Source of the DNA: Salpingoeca rosetta
Lineage: Eukaryota; Protista; Choanoflagellata
Reading direction: 5' to 3'
NCBI GenBank assembly: GCA_033442325.1
Contig: JAWQFM010000006.1
Span: 155,198-219,197, forward strand
DNA: 64,000 bases
Each line of letters starts with the position of its first letter. The first letter of the stretch is position 1. This document shows, in pieces, positions 52,805-64,000 of the stretch. The translations under genes were made by a program, and so were the position numbers. The notes under the pieces were generated by a model. It saw only the letters and a program-made list of their open reading frames with translations. It was not told the origin of the DNA and did no database searches.

Positions 52805-55800
52805 ATGATGCGGACCACACAGCAACAGGTGTTCATCACCATCGCTGCGATGATGCTGGCATCAACAGCAGCCCCGACAACCGCAAGTTCACAGCCAGAA
52901 CTGTGCTACCAGGTGGCATGGGGAGTTGGAAGCACGTACCGCAGGCAGGTGATCCGACCCGTGACAGCATTTCCAGCTGAGCATGCCCTGGTGCAAGAAC
53001 AGTATTGTGGCGGCAAGGACGCAGGTACGCGAGCACCTATTGCTGTGCTTGTAACTGTGTGTTGTATGTGTTGTGTGTGAGTGTGTTTGTAGCTTTGTGT
53101 TGCGCGCGTGTGTGTGCGTATGTGTGTGTATGTGTGTTGCAGTGTTGCGGCGCGCTCTCTCTCTCTCTTGCACGCACACTCTCTCGCACACACACACACA
53201 CACTCTCTCTCTCTCTCGCTTTCTGTGCCAACTTTAAGTACTTGTTGCACGTGCAGAAGTGCCTGCTTCCTCACAGCGCTTTCGTTACGATGCGTACACT
53301 TACACAACGCCACAACACATCTTCAGGTGATCCCATCCCTCACGAGGCCCTTTGGAGCAGACGCGGTCGGCACGACCCTAGCCGCTGCCAGCACGTCTCT
53401 GGCGCTGAAGCGTTCTACGTAAGCGGCCCTGCCTCGCTTGAATCTTGCCTGCAGGCAACGACGTGCCAGATGCACACACCACACATTGTCTCGTGCCACA
53501 ACTTTGCCATTGCATGCCCTGGCAGTGCCTTATTCCCTTCAACACCTGTCAAACCCCATCTCACCCTTCATGCGCCACTACTCCCATCCTTGTGGGCCGT
53601 GCATAGGCTTACAACGCCCCTTACGGGTCCTCCAGTAACACTGGGTTCGAGCAAACGGTGAGTCACTCGTCCAAAATACAACGCCATGTCCTGCGCACAT
53701 TGCACTGACTTGTCTCGCACCGCCTCACGTTGCCTGCATACAAACCACTGCCACACAATGCTCTCGTACAGGACACGGACCTTCTCTACTTTGTCGTGGA
53801 CGATGCTGGCGAGGTCTCGTTCGTCGTTGTCCATGACCTGGCCGACGACGGAACAGGCGGCCAAATCAACATCGAGCTCAGCACACCCGGTAAGCAACAC
53901 TGCAGGCACGCCTGATAATTGGCTCTGGCAACTGGGTTCACACGCAAGGACAACAATATGCTTCCTCAACAGCTCAACAACGCGTTTCCCAGTTGCTGCC
54001 ATCACTCAACTATGCTCGCTTCCTGCGTGCGTCTTGTCCTGTGCACAACTATTCGTTTTTTTTTTGTTTCATGTGTTTGTTGCAGATCTCATTGGCGAGG
54101 GTGTCACGCTGAGTGTTCGCGACGATCCCGGCACAACCGCCGACCGCACAACATGCGAGCAGTCCACGGTACGTACACACACACACGTTCACACACGTTC
54201 ACACTCGTACACACGCATACAGAGGCAGCAGGCCTGGCCCATGTTTGATGCCGAAAGTACAACTCAATGTCTGACTCACACCAACACTCGCCTTTGGTCT
54301 TTCAACTCACACCTTGACTACGGTGCATACCTTTTGACAGAGCACGTCCGATTGCTACACTTTCGATGCGTACACCATGACCGGCTATTTCAACCAAATC
54401 TGGGTACGGTGTTGCGGTCCAATGCAATCACACTGCGGCAATGCGTGAGCAAATGATGTGTGACACCGCACATACAGTACGCCGCTGGGTTTTGTTGGTC
54501 AGTGCAACACACCCAAAACACAACACCTCACTGAACGTTGTCTCTTCGCCCGCTTGAAACTGAACAGGCACCATGCTGCACAGACGGCTTTGTCCTGAGC
54601 AAGCTCCCGCTCTTCAACTGGCGGTTCAACTTCAAGTATGACGTCGTTGACCACATCTACAACTTCCGTGTCGGCAACTTCAACCCGGACACGTTTGACA
54701 TGTCCTTCCTGGACTTGGACGCCGCAGAGGTGCTGGCAAACGGCGTGGAGGTCTCCGCCTTCACCTGCAACGACTACTGCAGGGACAAGGTGCTTGATTG
54801 CCCTGCCATGCGCATGGAGGCATGCATGCATGCGTGATTTGTTGTTGTTGTTGTTGTTGTTGTTGTGGTGCGTGTGTGTGGTTTTGGTTGTGTGTCTGCT
54901 TGTGGATGTGTGCGTGTGTGTTTGTGTGTGTATGCTTATGCGTGCGTGCGTGCGTGCGTGTGTGTGTCTGCCTGTTGTCTGCTGCATATGTGTGTATGTG
55001 TTTGCCTAGACTTGTGCACATGTTTCTGCATGGTTCCACGTCCAGGCTTCCACCTGTGTGAGGCCATTGCTCCTTCTTTGCTCACCACACCAACTTGTGT
55101 GCACATGATGTTTTGGTTGCGACATGCACAGTCATGTGGAGAATGCTCCCTCGACCCCCAGTGCGGCTGGTGTGACACCTCCCGCTGCCTCGCCCGCTCA
55201 GAAGAGGTGTGCGCACGGCTTGCATGTTGTTGGATGTGTGTGTGTGNNNNNNNNNNNNNNNNNNNNNNNNNNNNNNNNNNNNNNNNNNNNNNNNNNNNNN
55301 NNNNNNNNNNNNNNNNNNNNNNNNNNNNNNNNNNNNNNNNNNNNNNCACCTCACACACACACACAACACACACACACACACACATCATCGCTCACCACCT
55401 CACGCGCAGGCAACTGGCTGGAGGATACACACACACACACATAACTGCAACACAGCCGACGTGCGCAGGCAACTGGCTGGAGGATGCGTGCTGCCCATCG
55501 TGCGCCGCCCACACAGACTGCCAGGCCTGCCTCAATGCAGACGGGTGCGGCTGGAGCTTCAGCCTCGGCCGCTGCCTCTCCGGCACAACCGACCTCGGCC
55601 TGTGCGAGGCGTCCGAGTTCTACCAAATCCCATCGCCAGGCAACACCATCTGCCGCGTTCTCCCGGGACCCGTCATCTCACCAAACACAACCGCCACCGT
55701 GCCCAGCGCTTACAACAGGTGCGGCACACACACACACACACACGCTAGTTGTGGGCTCGTGTTCACGCACACACAGGCATGCACATTGCGTATGTTTCGT

Positions 55801-58800
55801 TTTGATTCAATGCGCCTTCTCGCTTCCAGTCACACTCACAAACAACACACACCCATACACTCACAAACAACACACACTTGCCCCGTCTCTGCGCACAGCC
55901 CAATCCTGGACTGGTGCAGCGGTAACGGCGACTATGTGTGGGGCGTATCCACAACATGCGACTGCCACGAAGGATGGGCAGGCGATGACTGCAGCATCCA
56001 GGTGAGAATGCCCGTGTTTCCTCTCCTATACGCACGCACAAACACACACAGTCACTTACCACGTGTCTGCTTGTGTGTTCGACTGCAACCACCACCATGC
56101 TCATTTACGCATGTGCTCTCCTGCTGACTTTGTGGCCCATCCCTACACCCCCCACACACCTCACAAACCCACAAACTCACACACTGACAACCTGACATCC
56201 CCCCGTCTTCCTTTCTGTAGTGCCCGCGCGACACAAACGGGCAGGTGTGCGGCGGCCACGGCACATGCGACCAGGGCGGGTTCTGCCTGTGCGAGTGCGG
56301 CTGGGGCGGTCCTGACGGCGACTGCAGCCAGGAGATCCAGTGCGACTGCGAAGTTGTCAACAACGTCAACACGTGCTTCATCAACGAAGAGGACAACTGC
56401 CCCGTGCGCTGCGGCGTTGTGGCCACGGCAACGGACACATGCACGGGTGTGGACGTCGACTTCCACTCCCAGGGCACAGACCGCCGGGTCAACGGCTCCG
56501 AGTGCGTGTGTGCCGAAGGTTGGTGGGGCGAGTCCTGCGACAACGCCTGCCCTGGCATCGACCCTGTCACGGGCGAGGGCGAAGTGTGCGATGGCAACGG
56601 CGTCTGTGACGTCAACACGGGCCAGTGCACGTGCGCCCCTTGCTTTGCGCCAGACAAGTACGGCAACTGCCAGCCCAAGCGCTGCCCAAGCTGCAACGGC
56701 GGTGGCCGCTGCGAGTGCGATGCCGACACGGGCGAGCGCGTGTGCCGGTGCCCCGGCCAGCGCTACGGAACCCTCTGCGAACTCTGCGCCTGCGAGGTAA
56801 TATTATCAAAACACAGTGCAACCCACCTTGCTTCTCTTGCCCTCTCTCCTGTTTGTTGCTGTGTTTGTGTGAGATGCACATCGACGGTGGTTTGTATCGT
56901 GTGGCTCAAAATGCACCTGTACTCACACAACGCGAAACATACACACACGCACAATACTGCAGAACGGCGATTGCAACGCACTGACGGGCCAATGTGACTG
57001 CGATGAAGGCTGGAGTGGCGAGTTGTGCACTTTCCAGTGCTCGCGCGAATCCAAGTGCCACGGCCACGGCACATGCGACCAAGACACAGGTACTGCCAGC
57101 ATCATGCACACACACGCACACAAGCACACTTGCCTTTGGAGTACAGTTGTGTCTGTTGGCGTGTGAGAGGCATGCAGACCTGTTAACCAACACCGCGTCT
57201 GTTGAACCAACCTCACATCTTACCATCGTCTTTGCTTCATTCGGTGTACACAGGAAACTGCGTTTGCGACACGGACTACATTGGCTCGGCGTCGCACCAG
57301 TGCGAGTTCTACTGCCCGGCATCAAAGTGCAACGGGCACGGCTTCTGTGACGGTGACACGGGCGAGTGCGTGTGCCAAAATGGGTACATTGGAGACTCGT
57401 GCCAGGCCGCGTGCGACCTCGACGTGTGCCAGAACGGCGGCACGTGCACGATGGATGAGACAGCGGACCGCGGGTACACATGCGACTGCCCATCGGTAAG
57501 AAAGCACCGGAAGAGCGGGAAGGGAAGAATGCATTGTGCCTTCTGCGTGGAATAAGAGCGAATCAAAGCGTTGTTGTGCTGGTGGCGGGGTTGGCCCGTG
57601 CGACGGCAGCCACGGGGTGTGCAGCAACATGATGCTGACTAACAGTGCTTTCCACAACATTCAATATTTCGCAGGGCTTTACCGGGTACACGTGTGACCG
57701 TGACATCGACGAGTGCCGGAGCAGCGACAGCAACGGGTGCGACGAGGCGCACGGGGTGTGCAGCAACACGGCCGGGTCGTACCAGTGCAGCTGCGAGAGC
57801 GGGTGGCAGCTTGCGTCCAACGGGCGCGACTGCGAGGACGTGAACGAGTGCGCGGATGAGGCGGACAACGAGTGCGACGCGCTTGTTGGCTCGTGCGCGA
57901 ACACGATTGGGTCGTACACGTGCAGCTGCGATGCCGGGTATGAGCTGGGCAGCGACGGGCACACGTGCGAGGACGTGGACGAGTGCGCGAGCGACGAGGA
58001 CAACCTGTGCAACACGGACGTTGGGACGTGCACGAACACGGTTGGGTCGTACGAGTGCGGGTGCGGTGCCGGGTACGAGCTTGGCAGCAACGGGTACAGC
58101 TGCCTGGACGTGAACGAGTGCAGCGCTGCGGAGCTGAACGAGTGCGACGCGAACGCGGTGTGCACCAACACGGCTGGGTCGTACGCTTGCAGCTGCGCGA
58201 GCGGGTACACGGGCGACGGGTTCACGTGCGCTGACCGGGACGAGTGTGCCGGGGACAGCAACCCGTGCGACGAGAACGCGTCGTGCACCAACACGGCGGG
58301 CAGCTTCACGTGCCAGTGCCGGTCTGGCTGGCAGGGCGACGGCGCGACGTGCGCTGACGTTGACGAGTGCACGACGGAGGACGCGTCGCTGGCGCACCAG
58401 TGCGACGCTGCGCACGGGACGTGCGTGAACACCGCTGGGTCGTACGAGTGCACGTGCGAGAGCGGGTTTGAGCTTGCGTCTGACGGGCTGAGCTGCGTGG
58501 ACGTTGACGAGTGCGCTGAGAACGGCGGGGTTGGCCCGTGCGACGGCAGCCACGGGGTGTGCAGCAACACGATTGGCTCTTACGAGTGCGGGTGCGACGC
58601 CGGGTATGCGCTTGGCGCTGACGCGCACGCGTGCGAGGACGTGAACGAGTGCCGGAGCAGCGACAGCAACGGGTGCGACGAGGCGCACGGGGTGTGCAGC
58701 AACACGGCCGGGTCGTACCAGTGCAGCTGCGAGAGCGGGTGGCAGCTTGCGTCCAACGGGCGCGACTGCGAGGACGTGAACGAGTGCGCGGATGAGGCGG

Positions 58801-61212
58801 ACAACGAGTGCGACGCGCTTGTTGGCTCGTGCGCGAACACGATTGGGTCGTACACGTGCAGCTGCGATGCCGGGTATGAGCTGGGCAGCGACGGGCACAC
58901 GTGCGAGGACGTGGACGAGTGCGCGAGCGACGAGGACAACCTGTGCAACACGGACGTTGGGACGTGCACGAACACGGTTGGGTCGTACGAGTGCGGGTGC
59001 GGTGCCGGGTACGAGCTTGGCAGCAACGGGTACAGCTGCCTGGACGTGAACGAGTGCAGCGCTGCGGAGCTGAACGAGTGCGACGCGAACGCGGTGTGCA
59101 CCAACACGGCTGGGTCGTACGCTTGCAGCTGCGCGAGCGGGTACACGGGCGACGGGTTCACGTGCGCTGACCGGGACGAGTGTGCCGGGGACAGCAACCC
59201 GTGCGACGAGAACGCGTCGTGCACCAACACGGCGGGCAGCTTCACGTGCCAGTGCCGGTCTGGCTGGCAGGGCGACGGCGCGACGTGCGCTGACGTTGAC
59301 GAGTGCACGACGGAGGACGCGTCGCTGGCGCACCAGTGCGACGCTGCGCACGGGACGTGCGTGAACACCGCTGGGTCGTACGAGTGCACGTGCGAGAGCG
59401 GGTTTGAGCTTGCGTCTGACGGGCTGAGCTGCATGGACGTTGACGAGTGCGCTGAGAACGGCGGGGTTGGCCCGTGCGACGGCAGCCACGGGGTGTGCAG
59501 CAACACGATTGGCTCTTACGAGTGCGGGTGCGACGCCGGGTATGCGCTTGGCGCTGACGCGCACGCGTGCGAGGACGTGAACGAGTGCCGGAGCAGCGAC
59601 AGCAACGGGTGCGACGAGATTCATGGCTCATGCGTCAACGTTCCAGGCTCGTACGAGTGCGCATGCGAAGCCGGATGGCAGCTGTCTTCTGATTCACGCA
59701 CATGTGAAGATGCTAATGAGTGTGCGGCAAACGGCGGTGTTGGCCCCTGTGACAGCGAGCGTGGCTCGTGCGCGAACACGATTGGGTCGTACACGTGCAG
59801 CTGCGATGCCGGGTATGAGCTGGGCAGCGACGGGCACACGTGCGAGGATGTGAACGAGTGCTTGAGAAACACGCACGAGTGCTCGCACTATTGCAAGAAC
59901 ACGCGTGGGTCGTATGTGTGCACGTGTCCTGACGGCTTTGTGCTGGATGCATCGGGCCACAACTGCTTCTTCTTCTTCTCGACCCCTGTTGGCGAGACTA
60001 CCACGACAACGACCACCACGACCACCTCGACCACGAAACCAGCACAACGCCCACCACCACGACCACGACCAGCACGAACACCAGCGAGCCTGCCACGACC
60101 ACCGCTGGTGCCTCTGACGACGACAACCTTCCAACAAGTGGCGACCTCTCGCTGTTGGCCCGGTGCAGGTGCTGCTGAACGGAAAGCCTGAGCTACGCGA
60201 ANNNNNNNNNNNNNNNNNNNNNNNNNNNNNNNNNNNNNNNNNNNNNNNNNNNNNNNNNNNNNNNNNNNNNNNNNNNNNNNNNNNNNNNNNNNNNNNNNNN
60301 NCTGCACACCTGACGAGAAGCATGTGCAGCTTGCGGAGGATGCGGGCGTGCGGGATGTTGTGATTTCGGCGTTTGCGTCTGTTGCGCAGGTGTCTGAGAT
60401 TGTTCCAGTGCTGTTTATTTCTCCGGCGGAGCAAGCGCTTGTGCTGCAGTATGCGGTTGTTGTGAATGAGGAGGATGTGGCAACTGCTGAGCAGATCGCC
60501 AGCGACGTTGCCGATGAAGTCACCAACATCATGAAGGTGTGTTGTGTTAGACATGCCGTCTTCCTTTCGTGCGGTGCTTCGTGTGTTTGGTCCACTTCTT
60601 GCTCGCATGTCTTTTTTTCCTTGTGTACGTTGCTCACCTTATCACCGCTTTACTTGCTTTACACCTCGCTTTGTTGCAGGGCATCGAGCAACAAGATGCA
60701 GTTCAGTGCCTGTTCTTCGTCGGCATTGATTTCACACGCGAGTCTGACAAGGAAGTTGTTCCCTCAGATACAAACTCATCATCGAACTCCAATGGCATCT
60801 CTATTCCCGTCGCCGCCATAGCTGGTGCGTAAATGCGCATTCGTGTGTCATCACCTGCCTGTGAGTGTTTAGAGAGCTCTGTGCTTTGGATGCTTTCATT
60901 GTGTCTTTGATACTCACATTTGTGCTGGTTGTGAATGCTTTTGAAACAGGCTGTGCTGGCGTGCTGGTCTTGATTGCGCTGATCGTGCTGGCGACGGCGG
61001 TTCGCAAACGCGCTTCTGCCTCTTACGGCTTCGATCTCGGCGCTGGCACGGGCGCAACCGACGATGACTTCAGCAACCCGATGTACTCTGCCAAGGAGCG
61101 CAATGTTGCCTTTGACAATCCCATCTACGATGACGTGGCAGAGAATGACGAGGAGGAGCACGACACTGCGCCAATGGAGAAGCAGGGCAGCTTGGTGTGG
61201 GACTCGTACTGA
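52805..61212 (+). CDS. Type-I membrane receptor: signal peptide, unassigned N-terminal domain, two PSI-like domains, tenascin/teneurin-type EGF repeats, 17 calcium-binding EGF repeats, Thr-rich stalk, SEA-like domain, TM helix, double-NPxY tail
   Basis: Hydrophobic leader [15 protein letters not shown]; PSI-like [14 protein letters not shown] and [14 protein letters not shown]; repeated C.GHG.C EGFs; DVDEC..C.NT.GSY.C.C consensus x17 in exon ~57675-60536; [17 protein letters not shown] followed by RKR; tail [20 protein letters not shown]. Confidence 0.9.
57709..59618 (+). repeat. 936-bp tandem duplication (7 cbEGF modules per unit, two units plus a 38-bp start of a third)
   Basis: 57709-58644 matches 58645-59580. 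Identical shadow ORFs are offset by exactly 936. The only difference I saw is G58497 vs A59433 (Val/Met). Confidence 0.95.
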
Positions 61213-64000
61213 ATGAAGGAAGAACACGACGTAATTGACTGATTGAATGTCTGCATTGTGTCGCACTTGTGCTTCGTACATCGTGAGTGTTTGTGCAATG
61301 AGGGTGTTTGTGTAGGGCGAGCTTGCTGTGTACATGTATGTGTTGTTTGTTTGCTTGTGGCTTTGCTTTGTGAGCAATAGCTTGAAGTGGTCACGAAGTG
61401 ACTTGGTCTCGCAACACGGCGATGTGTTGCAGCGCGAAAACCAAACGCGCGCAACCATCTGCCGAATATGTTCGTTTCATAGCTTGACTTTGTACTGTTT
61501 ACTCATGAGAGCAGAAATAAAACCGTCTGAAGCACCGTTGCATGGGAATCAACGATGTCATGTGACTCGCACAAGACACACACTCATGGGCGTGTCCTGC
61601 ACGCAGGAGAGAATGAGATGCAAATACGAAAAGACACGAGCAGCGAAATTGAACAAAGACATGAACAGCAAAGGACACACAACGAAAGGAGCACGTACGT
61701 AGTTGCATTCAAGCACGACACAGAACAAATCCATAAACAATGCTGAGCATCAAGAAAGATAACTCGAGCAACGACAGAGAACGGGATGGAACAAGGAGAG
61801 GGAAGCCACGGCAACCGGGGTTGTGAGGTCACAAGCTTGTGACTCAAGTCTTCATTCAGTAGCTGTCCCACTCCAGGGACCCGCGACGCTCGTGGTCATG
61901 GTCTGTCTCTTCCCCATCATCCAGGTCATCATAGCTGCAACACAAGAAAGACAGCAGAGCATGGTAAGCTCAGTCCCGTCTTCACTAAGAAACGCGCGCA
62001 CCCAGACACCTACAAACAACCAAGCACACAAGCTTCCAGGGAAGGGGTTCATGCACTCACATTGGGTTATCAAATCCAACGTTGCGACGACGTGTTGAAT
62101 ACATCGGGTTGTCAAAGTCGCCTGTCTCGGCGTCCTTTGCTGCGCCAAGACTGAAACCGTACCCGCCTTGTGCCCGGCGTCGCCGTGTCACTCCAACAGC
62201 GATGACCACCAGCACGAGCAGGACGCACACAGCGGCCACGCCTGAAAAATAAAATAAAAAGCCCAAGGGAAGAAGCAAGGTTAGATAGAATTGGAAGGCA
62301 CATGCGTCAGCATAAGCGAGTGAGGCCACACATGAGGAGGGGGTGAACGAACCGGCAATAACGACAATCGGGATGCCGGCACCCGTCGACTCATTCTCGA
62401 GCTTCGTGTCGTTGGGAATCACTTCTTTGTCAGACTTGCGTGTGAAATCAACACCCACAAAGAAAACACACGAAACCGCATCGTCTTCCTCGATGCCCTA
62501 TCAGAAACGACAAAAGCAGGAAGTGGTGTGACGTGAGTACCAAACGCACAAGACAAGAAATTCCAATCAATGACGGCATCCAAGAAGGAATCAAACACAC
62601 GAAGCACCGCACGAAAGGAAGACGGCATGTCTAACACAACACACCTTCATGATGTTGGTGACTTCATCGGCAACGTCGCTGGCGATCTGCTCAGCAGTTG
62701 CCACATCCTCCTCATTCACAACAACCGCATACTGCAGCACAAGCGCTTGCTCCGCCGGAGAAATAAACAGCACTGGAACAATCTCAGACACCTGCGCAAC
62801 AGACGCAAACGCCGAAATCACAACATCCCGCACGCCCGCATCCTCCGCAAGCTGCACATGCTTCTCGTCAGGTGTGCAGTTCAGGTTCGCGTAGCTCAGG
62901 CTCTCCGTCAGCAGCACCTGCACCGGGCCAACAGCAGACGTCGCCACTTGCTCTGATGTTGTCGTCGTCGAGGCAACAGCCGTCGTCGTTGCAGGCTCGC
63001 TCGTCGTCGTGCTTGTCGTCGTCGTCGTGGTTGGCGTTGTGCTTGTTGTCGTGGTCGAGGTGGTCGTGGTGGTCGTTGTCGTGGTAGTCTCGCCAACAGG
63101 GGTCGAGAAGAAGAAGAAGCAGTTGTGGCCCGATGCATCCAGCACAAAGCCGTCAGGACACGTGCACACATACGACCCACGCGTGTTCTTGCAATAGTGC
63201 GAGCACTCGTGCGTGTTTCTCAAGCACTCGTTCACATCCTCGCACGTGTGCCCGTCGCTGCCCAGCTCATACCCGGCATCGCAGCTGCACGTGTACGACC
63301 CAATCGTGTTCGCGCACGAGCCACGCTCGCTGTCACAGGGGCCAACACCGCCGTTTGCCGCACACTCATTAGCATCTTCACATGTGCGTGAATCAGAAGA
63401 CAGCTGCCATCCGGCTTCGCATGCGCACTCGTACGAGCCTGGAACGTTGACGCATGAGCCATGAATCTCGTCGCACCCGTTGCTGTCGCTGCTCCGGCAC
63501 TCGTTCACGTCCTCGCACGCGTGCGCGTCAGCGCCAAGCGCATACCCGGCGTCGCACCCGCACTCGTAAGAGCCAATCGTGTTGCTGCACACCCCGTGGC
63601 TGCCGTCGCACGGGCCAACCCCGCCGTTCTCAGCGCACTCGTCAACGTCCATGCAGCTCAGCCCGTCAGACGCAAGCTCAAACCCGCTCTCGCACGTGCA
63701 CTCGTACGACCCAGCGGTGTTCACGCACGTCCCGTGCGCAGCGTCGCACTGGTGCGCCAGCGACGCGTCCTCCGTCGTGCACTCGTCAACGTCAGCGCAC
63801 GTCGCGCCGTCGCCCTGCCAGCCAGACCGGCACTGGCACGTGAAGCTGCCCGCCGTGTTGGTGCACGACGCGTTCTCGTCGCACGGGTTGCTGTCCCCGG
63901 CACACTCGTCCCGGTCAGCGCACGTGAACCCGTCGCCCGTGTACCCGCTCGCGCAGCTGCAAGCGTACGACCCAGCCGTGTTGGTGCACACCGCGTTCGC
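59085..64000. repeat. Large inverted repeat: arm 59085-60589 pairs with 62592-64000 and continues beyond the window
   Basis: Reverse-complement identity read by eye and confirmed by mirrored ORFs (59905/63180, 59623/63462). Identity ends 53 nt into an intron. Confidence 0.93.
61856..64000 (-). CDS. Inverted paralog of the EGF-repeat receptor (3' portion; 5' end beyond the window)
   Basis: cbEGF array, Thr stalk and SEA-like exon (62645-64000); GIEEDDAVSCVFFVGVDFTRKSDKEVIP; TM GVAAVCVLLVLVVIAVGV followed by TRRRR; tail [25 protein letters not shown] with stop at 61856. Confidence 0.9.

Noticed and set aside
57563-59624. Long minus-strand ORFs (661, 335 and 308 aa) over the EGF array
   Set aside because: Antisense shadows of a repetitive GC-rich coding exon.
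60036-60301. Apparent frameshift and stop in the receptor stalk, suggesting a pseudogene
   Set aside because: The discrepancies cluster at a contig end beside an N gap. The paralog is intact here and implies the gap hides only about 6 nt. Most likely low-quality sequence.
59085-64000. Inverted repeat as transposon terminal repeats
   Set aside because: The arms are host receptor coding sequence, and no transposase or target-site duplication is visible.

Overview
Eukaryotic, gene-dense and intron-rich window. Short GT-AG introns are loaded with (GT)n/(CA)n/(CAA)n microsatellites and there are several N gaps. The style and the holozoan gene set suggest a choanoflagellate such as Salpingoeca rosetta (inference). 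Most listed ORFs are microsatellite read-throughs, so I assembled genes by hand from splice sites and recalled protein families. Fourteen protein-coding genes in order: CEP290 3' end (+), PDE6D (+), CEP19 (-), PEX5 (+), a Tyr-type GST (-), a kinase-less class III/XVI/XXVIII-like myosin with a long coiled coil and PH tail (-), TRAF7 (+), a short ZNF830/CCDC16-like gene (-), a ~1200-aa low-complexity orphan (-), GAPDH (-), a tandem-UIM/PTB/SH2 adaptor (+), a two-PDZ scaffold (+), and a tail-to-tail pair of large EGF-repeat type-I receptors with double NPxY tails (+ and -). Main points of interest: (1) the receptor pair has near-identical ectodomain DNA but diverged tails, plus internal repeat shuffling; (2) a UIM-UIM-PTB-SH2 adaptor lies two genes upstream of the NPxY receptors, suggesting an endocytic or phosphotyrosine module; (3) the receptor has an unassigned N-terminal domain; (4) three ciliary genes are adjacent; (5) many introns have complementary GT/CA halves and no polypyrimidine tract.
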